NCBI GenBank assembly: GCA_027604505.1
Contig: JADIIX010000017.1
Location: 186,001-229,993 of the forward strand
Reading direction: 5' to 3'
Length of the DNA: 43,993 nt
DNA from: Gonapodya sp. JEL0774
Taxonomy: Eukaryota
Part shown: positions 37,401-43,993 of the stretch, piece by piece
Numbering within the stretch: the first letter of the stretch is position 1
How the letters are laid out: each line of letters begins with the position of its first letter
Program-made: the position numbers and the translations under genes
The notes under the pieces: generated by a model
Database searches by the model: none
What the model was told of the DNA's origin: nothing
What the model saw: only the letters and a program-made list of their open reading frames with translations

Positions 37401-39298
37401 TCCACCTCCACCTCCGCTCCAGTACCCCTGCACGGTGACTTGCCCCGCCACACGGTCCACCACCGGCACCCCCAGGTGCCGCGGATCGTACTGCGGGTTG
37501 GCCGACGAGGATCGTGCGCGGAGGGCGGGTGTGGCGAGGGGGAGGGCGTCCGGGTGGGACGCGGGTGGTGGTGGCGGGTGAGGGGTCGGGAGGGGGTGGA
37601 CCGGTGGGGAGAGGTGGGGGAAGGGCAGGGTTGAGACGGGGGGCAGGGGCTAGGGAGTGGGGAGTGGTGAGTGGTGAGAGGGAAATTCGGAATGAGCAAA
37701 CGAAGCGGAAGCAGAAGCGGGAGGGAAAAAGAACGCCAAAAGAGGGAGAAATTGCGACTTTCACAACGCAACAAAAAAATAATACGCAAACATACACAAA
37801 AAAAAAAAAAAAATGGAGGGTGCAACGCGGTACCAAACACCGACAAAAGAACCCAAAAGAAAAAAATAAGAAGAATACACAAAAAGAAAAATAAACCAAC
37901 AATGTAAAAAGAAAAAAGGGCACTCCAGAGATTTCCCGACACGGAGTTTCACGAGAACGGGCGTTACGTGTTCCTCGCCCCCCCTTCAGAGAAACGATGG
38001 ATCCTAGATCCTAGATCCTGGGTCCTGGAATCCTGGAATCCTGGATCCCGTCATGTCACTCCTCACTCCCGGTTCCCCGATGTACCACCGACGGTCAAAG
38101 GTCGACGACGGGTCGACGGGTCACGCGCCAACCCAACCCCGGTGACACGGGGGTTTATAGGGGGAGACACAGGCAGAGGGACACAAAAACAAAAACAACA
38201 CAAAACAAAAAAAATAGAAAGAATAGAAAAGAAAAGAGAAAAGAAAGAACCCGCATAAACGAGAGAAAGAAACGAGAAAAAAAGACGAAAGGAAAAAGAA
38301 GAGAAAACCAAACACAAAACCCAAAAGAAGAAGAAGAAAAACTCATAGACTGCTCGGTCGGAGCAACACACACACACAGCCCACACCGTGGGGGGCGCCA
38401 CACACACACCAACACGTCCCCTCACTCGGCAACCCCCACCGGCACCGGCCACCACGGCACCTGGCCCACACGGGGGACGACGGACTCTGACACTCACCCC
38501 GCGGTCACTCCAGCTCCTCTGCCCCTGACGATCTTGTCCGTCGTCGTGTCTCTGGCCCGACGATGACGATGATGCATCGGCGATCCCGAGACCTTGGTGC
38601 TGCATCGTGTTCCCGTGCCCGTGCCCGTGCCCGTACACGTGATCGCTGGCGGCGGCCGTGGACGAGGATGAGGATGAGTCGGATGAGGATGAGGAGGAGG
38701 AGGATGAGGAGGAGGAGGGGACGTAGGTTGAGTCTGGATCGGACGAGGAGGAGTGTGACGAGTCGTGCGGGGTGTGGGAGGGGAAGTGGGAGTGGTGGTG
38801 TTTGGAGTGGTGGAGTTGTTGTTGTGGTGGTGGTTGTACGACGGGCTTGGATGGGTCCAAGGCGGGATCGGAGGCGGATGAGGAGGACGAAACGGGACGG
38901 GCAGCAGCAGGTTTCGGTTTCGGTTTTTGTGAAAATGTGGATCGGGGAGCGGTGGGTGGATGAGGCTTATGAGCACGGACGAGGTGGTGTGAGTGTGCAC
39001 GGGCCGAGTGGGATGAGTCGGTGGAGTCTGGGTCCGTGGTGGTGCCGTCCGAGCAAAGGGACGCAGAGGGGGAGTTTGAGGAGGATGAGGATGAGGAGGA
39101 GGACGAAGGAGTTGAAGAGAGGGAAGAGGCGGAAACGTGAGGCTGGAAGAGAGCGGATACGATGTCTGAGGGAGAGGGAGAGGGAGAGGGAGCGGATTGG
39201 ATTGGGAGGAGGGAGAAGACGGGGGGTTGGAGCGGGGGGAGGGCGGGTTTGGCGGTTGGGGAGAGCGAGTGGGGGTGGAGAAGAGCGGAGATTCGCAT
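34429..39298 (-). CDS. Two-finger C2H2 zinc-finger transcription factor, Nrg1/Nrg2-like, ~1,200 aa and mostly low-complexity, spliced
   Basis: RHYECVHPGCGKTFSTSGHLARHRRVHGGVKAFACPIRDCEQRFSRHDN|MTQHYRGH (TSGHLARH and RF.R.DN..QHY are typical of Nrg1-type fingers). Inferred exons: 39298(or 39427)-38498, 37490-36183, 36038-35732, 35648-34429. A further intron could extend the end to TGA 34317. Confidence 0.78.
37491..38497 (-). other. ~1-kb phase-0 intron of the C2H2 gene, with pyrimidine/T-rich simple sequence
   Basis: GGG|GTGAGT donor at 38497 and CGCAG|TAC acceptor at 37491 join two open frames in phase. The interior has A-rich tracts on the + strand (A16 at 37798-37813). Confidence 0.7.
37999..38049. 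repeat. Degenerate 7-8 bp tandem repeat (GATCCTA / GAATCCTG units)
   Basis: ggatcctagatcctagatcctgggtcctggaatcctggaatcctggatccc. Confidence 0.75.
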
Positions 39299-41023
39299 TT
39301 GCTGGGGGTGGGGGGATGGGGAGGTGGGGATGGGAATGGGTGTGATTGGGGGTGTGTGTGGGTGTGCGTGGGTGTATGGGGTGTGTTGTGTGTGGGTGTA
39401 TGGGCGGTGTGTGGGAAGGGGGGTCATTCATGGGGACAGGGCGTGTATGGGGTGTATGGAGGGGTGGGGAGTGTCAGAAGGAGTCCCAGTGTATTGAGCA
39501 GACTCTGTCACTTCGCATCGGTTGTGCCGCGCGACCACACCAGCATCCAGACACACCCAGCACCCGCCACTCCCACGCCCATCGACACCCTCCTGCTTCC
39601 TCTCTGCCTCCGCGTGTCCCCTCTGTCCTTGTTTCCAACCCACGCCTACGCCCACCCGCGGACCAAGGTCTGTGCTGGCTGCAAGCAGCGACCACACCTC
39701 CGTATGAACTCACGGGTGGGATGGAATTTACCAAACAGAGCAGGGTTTCGAATGGATTCGCGGAAATGGGAGTTGATAGGAGAGGAGGGGAAAAGCAAAG
39801 AGAAGGGCGATTTGATGGGGATGTGCGGATCGGAATGGAATGGGGAAATGGTGCACAGGGGGAAGAAGGGAGGCGCCTGGATATGCTCATCGGGTCCACC
39901 CGCACCCTCCTGCATGCACCCTGTCCTGTATCCAACCACCCTGGGACAGCACTCAAATCTCGCTCACCTCTCCAACCCTGCCTTTTTTCCCTGCCCCGCT
40001 GGAACACAGTTATTTTGCCTTGGCCCTTAGTATATGGGAAAAGTTCGCGTGGCCGTGCGTGGGGGCAGAATCCGACCTTGTGTAGTTCGATCAGCACAGG
40101 GTTCAACCTTATCTGACGGTCCCACTCCCATGGGATCGGACTCACACCTGCACCCTGCACCACGACCACAGTTCCCAACGGGTTCCACCTTATGGCGTTC
40201 CAAGGCAATGGGGTCGTTGTCACAGGTCCAGTATCATGTAATTAAATAGAATCGCACGAGTGCGGCTCTTGTAGTAATACACCCAACCCAAACTTATAGT
40301 CGGTTTGAGTATCAGATTCCCCCAATTGCCCCCCCCTGGCTGCGGATATCGCCACAACCGTTATATGCCCCCCACAACGGACAAAGAAGCGATAGTTGGA
40401 ATATTCTCAATTCTTCCTCCCCCCCCTCCCCGCGAATCGCTGTTCTATCGGAGAGTGGTGTGTGCCGCGAGTCCACTCCACAACGACCACCGGTGACCAG
40501 CAACACCGACCACGAACGGACTGTATGTATATAGTGAACCTCGAGCCGAATCACCCACCCCATCCACGAGCGAACCTGCACTCAAAAAGAAAATAACAGT
40601 AATTAATTTATTAAATTTTATTGAGTCGAGTCCTGGACGATCGCCGCATTCGTCCCCTCGTGGCCAACCCCCTTGGAGCGACATCGGGACTCGGACCGAC
40701 CCCCATCACATATGTACAACACTATCTTATCGTGGCATCCGTAATGGTCCACTCCCAGGCCCAGTCCCACGAGCTGCATCCCGCCCTATACCCCATTCCC
40801 CATTCCCTCCTCTGTACAGTACAAGGAGAAGACGGATCGTTCCCCACCATCCCAAACTCCACATACATAACCCCATCCATCCTCCATCCATTCCGCCCCA
40901 TGCCCCGACCTGGCTTGTAACAAAAGGAAACAAAAAGAACACTGTTCCGTTCAGTTCGCGTGACAGCTCGACCATGGTGACGGCGCACCAAAGGCACACC
41001 CACACCACGGACCCAAAGGAATG

Positions 41024-41071
41024 AAAAACAACAACAACAACAACAGCAACAAAGCAAAAACAAAAACAAAA
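41024..41071. repeat. (CAA)n / (CAAAAA)n microsatellite
   Basis: aaaaacaacaacaacaacaacagcaacaaagcaaaaacaaaaacaaaa. Confidence 0.8.
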
Positions 41072-41695
41072 TATAGCAGCTCCCCCGTCTGTTCGTTTGA
41101 ACACCCTCGATGCGATGTAGAGACCTAGAGAGACCTTTCGTCACTACACAACCCCCGTTCCTCTGGCTCCCCCTGGTTCCGAACCGCACACCACCCTCAC
41201 GAGTGGTCAGGGCTCGTCTTCAGTTGGCATTGGTTGGGCATCCTGGGGACTGGGCACGGTTCCGTTCCCGCACAGGTCTCACGACAGTCTCGGTCCTCTC
41301 CCCTTCGGAAAACGAGAACGAAACGAACGACAAACAGCAACAAAATTCGTGCATTTCCTCGTAGGCGCCAAAGTAGCTCCACACTCACAACCTCGCCGCT
41401 GGGAGTTGCCCAACGCAGCGCGCACTCACCCCGCCCGCCCGCCCGTGCCCTCCTCCTCAAATCTCCGCGTGCCACTTTCCACACCAAACTCCACAACCAT
41501 GCGGCTGAGTCTACATACAGTCCTGCCGTGTTGTTTGGTATACGAAGATCTCGCGGGGCCGCCGCCCCTTGTCCTTGCGCAGTTCAGGGTGGGGCGGCGG
41601 ACATCAAAAACTCTCGTTACGGATTTTCCAGGGGCAGGACGCAAGGGCCGTGGAGATTTCCGGGCTGCGCTACGAAAAAGCGTGGACGGCGGCGA

Positions 41696-41716
41696 GGGGG
41701 GGGGGGGGGGGGGGGG
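41696..41716. repeat. Poly-G tract (G21)
   Basis: Direct read of the sequence. Confidence 0.9.
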
Positions 41717-43960
41717 AAATGAAAACCTGGACGAGGAGTGGGACCATGGGGTGGGGACCGACGGAGAGAGATGAGTTGGTGCCGTCATCAAGGTGCCATT
41801 CAAGGTGCCACAAGCGACAGCATCAATCGCTTGTGTGGCCTCGAGGGCTCACCGTAGATATTCCTGATGACTTGATCGCTATCTTGTTCTCTTATCTCGC
41901 GGTCTTTTATATGTGAAGGATTAAAAGCGTGGGGGCGTTCTCAACTGTATTCGGTGTGCCCCCGGCGTCAGCTGGTGAGATGGAGCGGTGTAACCACACG
42001 GCACACCAGGGTGTCAACGCTTCACCTTTCCAAACCACCACCACTCGAGCAATATTACTCTCCAAGCAACAATCTGATTTCAAGTCCGTTGATTTATGTT
42101 GTGCGGTGAGCTCCTCCCCTGAGTGCCGTCACATGTGAGTTCAGAACTTGAGAGGACCACGGTCGTACAACACTGGTGACGCAGAGGGCGTCCTGAAACA
42201 GATTCTCGAGGTCAAGCAAAGGTGCATACATGCAACCCGTGCACTCCAGCAAAACTTGTAGAGAGTTCAATCTCGCCCCGTTGGTGGCACTGTCTGTTGT
42301 TCTCTGCATCTTTGTGTGACGGCGTGCTAATTTTAGATTTTACAACTCGTAGAAAGGTCCAAAAGCGTTCGACTTTATTCAAAGAGAAACAGGTGACTGT
42401 GTAACCACTTTCGGATGCTGGGATGGACCGGGCGTTTTGCTGTGGTTCATGTTTTCTCTTGAACCGGCGAGTATTTCTCCTTCCATCATCGCATCTGCTG
42501 TACCCGCCCATCACTTGTCCCCATCCCCCCATCGCCACCGACGCGAACAATGAACGTAAGTCCTCGTCCCGTCCTCCCAACTCCTATACCTTTCTCGCCC
42601 AGGGTGGGTGCACGCTTCCAATGATCGATACTCTTTCCAAATCCGGAGTCTCCAGCCGCAAAACCGCGGCTGTTGGCGGTGAACGGGTTTTCATAATAGT
42701 CATAGTTACACTGAGGGTTTTGCGTGCCCCCCCGTGGTTGCGTGTGGTTTGAAATGGGAGAGGTGTGGTGCATGGCAACGAGGCGGGGCAATTGCGGGGT
42801 GTTTGACACGCGTGTCGTTTGATTTTGCAGGTCCGAGATGGCACGGCTGGGTCGGACGAAGACCGTGGGACGGACGACTTTTCTCTGGGTTTCTCGGAAA
42901 CCGGCAAGATGGTTGTCCAACTTCGATGAATTCACCTTCACTTCAAAGAAAGACAAAGAAAAATTTTGTTCTGACGCTGCCCACCCAGGTCTAAAATAGG
43001 TACATGGACTGGCACACGTATATTTCGATTTCGGCAATCGCAAAAGTTCGCTACAAGAACCGTCCTGCACGTAACGTTTGTCGTTCGCCCCGCGTCTCGT
43101 CCTCGTTCCTCCCACCGTACACAGAGCAAACTACAGCTCATGTAATAACGTGTAGATAGGTATATGTACTTATACTTGTACACGTCTCCAATCACGATTA
43201 CAGTTTCCCCGCCGCCTTGTACTTGAGATACTCTGGCGTCTCGTTGCGGACGCCCAAACCCCCACCGCCATCTGAAACGCCGGAGCGACAAACAAACAAA
43301 CAAAAGAAAGCGCAAAGTTACAAACGTCGCAGATGAGCAGAGACGGATTTGAGATGATGTCAATGCCGACAAATACGAATTGCGTCGTACAATGCACCTA
43401 CCGATGGGAATCGTCACACCTGCCAATCAAACAAACAGAGACGCCACCGAGCGGTCAGTTCAGCCTGGACCCACACCACACACCAACCAACGCACCCCCC
43501 TTGTTTCAAACAAACTCACCGTTGACGTACGCCCCAGCTTTCGAAGTGAGGAACAGTATGAGCCTGAGGGCACCGAGTGAGGTCGAAGATCGAACGGAAG
43601 GACGGACAGAACGCCGGACGGACCGACGGTGGGCGCGTCACACGTGGGATCTGGAAGGGAACACGAAGCACAAAACGCAAACACGCACCCGGCCATATCT
43701 TCGGTCGATCCGATCCGGCCTGTCAAATGTGGTCACGGCATAACGAGGTCACGGGGTCACGGGTCGCGAGGTCGGGCGAAGGGGGTTGGGGTTGAGACCA
43801 CATCCCCTCGAGCAACTTCCAAGCCCCGAGTGCCTGTACTACCCACCCAACGGTTGCGCTCCCACAAGTGCGTTCAGGGCGTTGTTGACGGCGTAGCTCG
43901 ACATACGCGAGACGAAGAGGCCGGGGGCCTGTGGGAGGGGATGTGAGGTGGATGTGGGTT

Positions 43961-43993
43961 GGGGGGGGGGGGGGGGGGGGGGTTGGGGGGGGG
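43961..43993. repeat. Poly-G tract at the window end (G22-TT-G9)
   Basis: Direct read of the sequence. Confidence 0.9.

Noticed and set aside
37999..38049. CRISPR-like or telomere-like interpretation of the short GATCCT repeat
   Set aside because: No spacers, only ~50 bp, intronic and in a eukaryotic context; an ordinary degenerate minisatellite.
36189..40223. Many long overlapping ORFs on both strands (e.g. 36328-37923, 38563-39345, 39197-40030)
   Set aside because: Shadows of GC-rich or simple-sequence DNA. Translations are low-complexity and lack motifs; only the C2H2 frame has domain support.
43961..43993. Terminal G-run as a telomere
   Set aside because: No regular telomeric unit; may be a homopolymer at a contig break or a sequencing artefact.

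Overview
Intron-rich eukaryotic genomic DNA, most plausibly from a zoosporic (flagellated, early-diverging) fungus: fungal-type Zn2Cys6 transcription factors co-occur with the cilium gene IFT52. The first ~34 kb is gene-dense. In order it carries TIM21 (3' end runs off the window), a hotdog-fold thioesterase, a SAL1/SCaMC Ca2+-binding mitochondrial carrier, a Zn2Cys6 TF, a secreted and probably GPI-anchored PQQ-type (AA12-like) sugar dehydrogenase, ERB1/BOP1, IFT52, AFG2/SPATA5, a second Zn2Cys6 TF, TAM41, a multi-domain GATase-like gene and a small hypothetical gene. The last 10 kb holds a long, low-complexity Nrg1-like C2H2 repressor and about 4.5 kb of repeat-rich non-coding DNA upstream of it. 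The most notable feature is 26351-32370 (-). It looks like four tandem class I glutamine-amidotransferase-like genes, but it reads as ONE gene: the four ~345-aa repeats are joined in frame by short phase-0 GT-AG introns. In all four repeats the nucleophile Cys is replaced by Ser while the His-x-Glu pair is kept, suggesting an undescribed four-domain Ser-His-Glu hydrolase. Exon boundaries were inferred by eye from splice consensus and reading-frame continuity.
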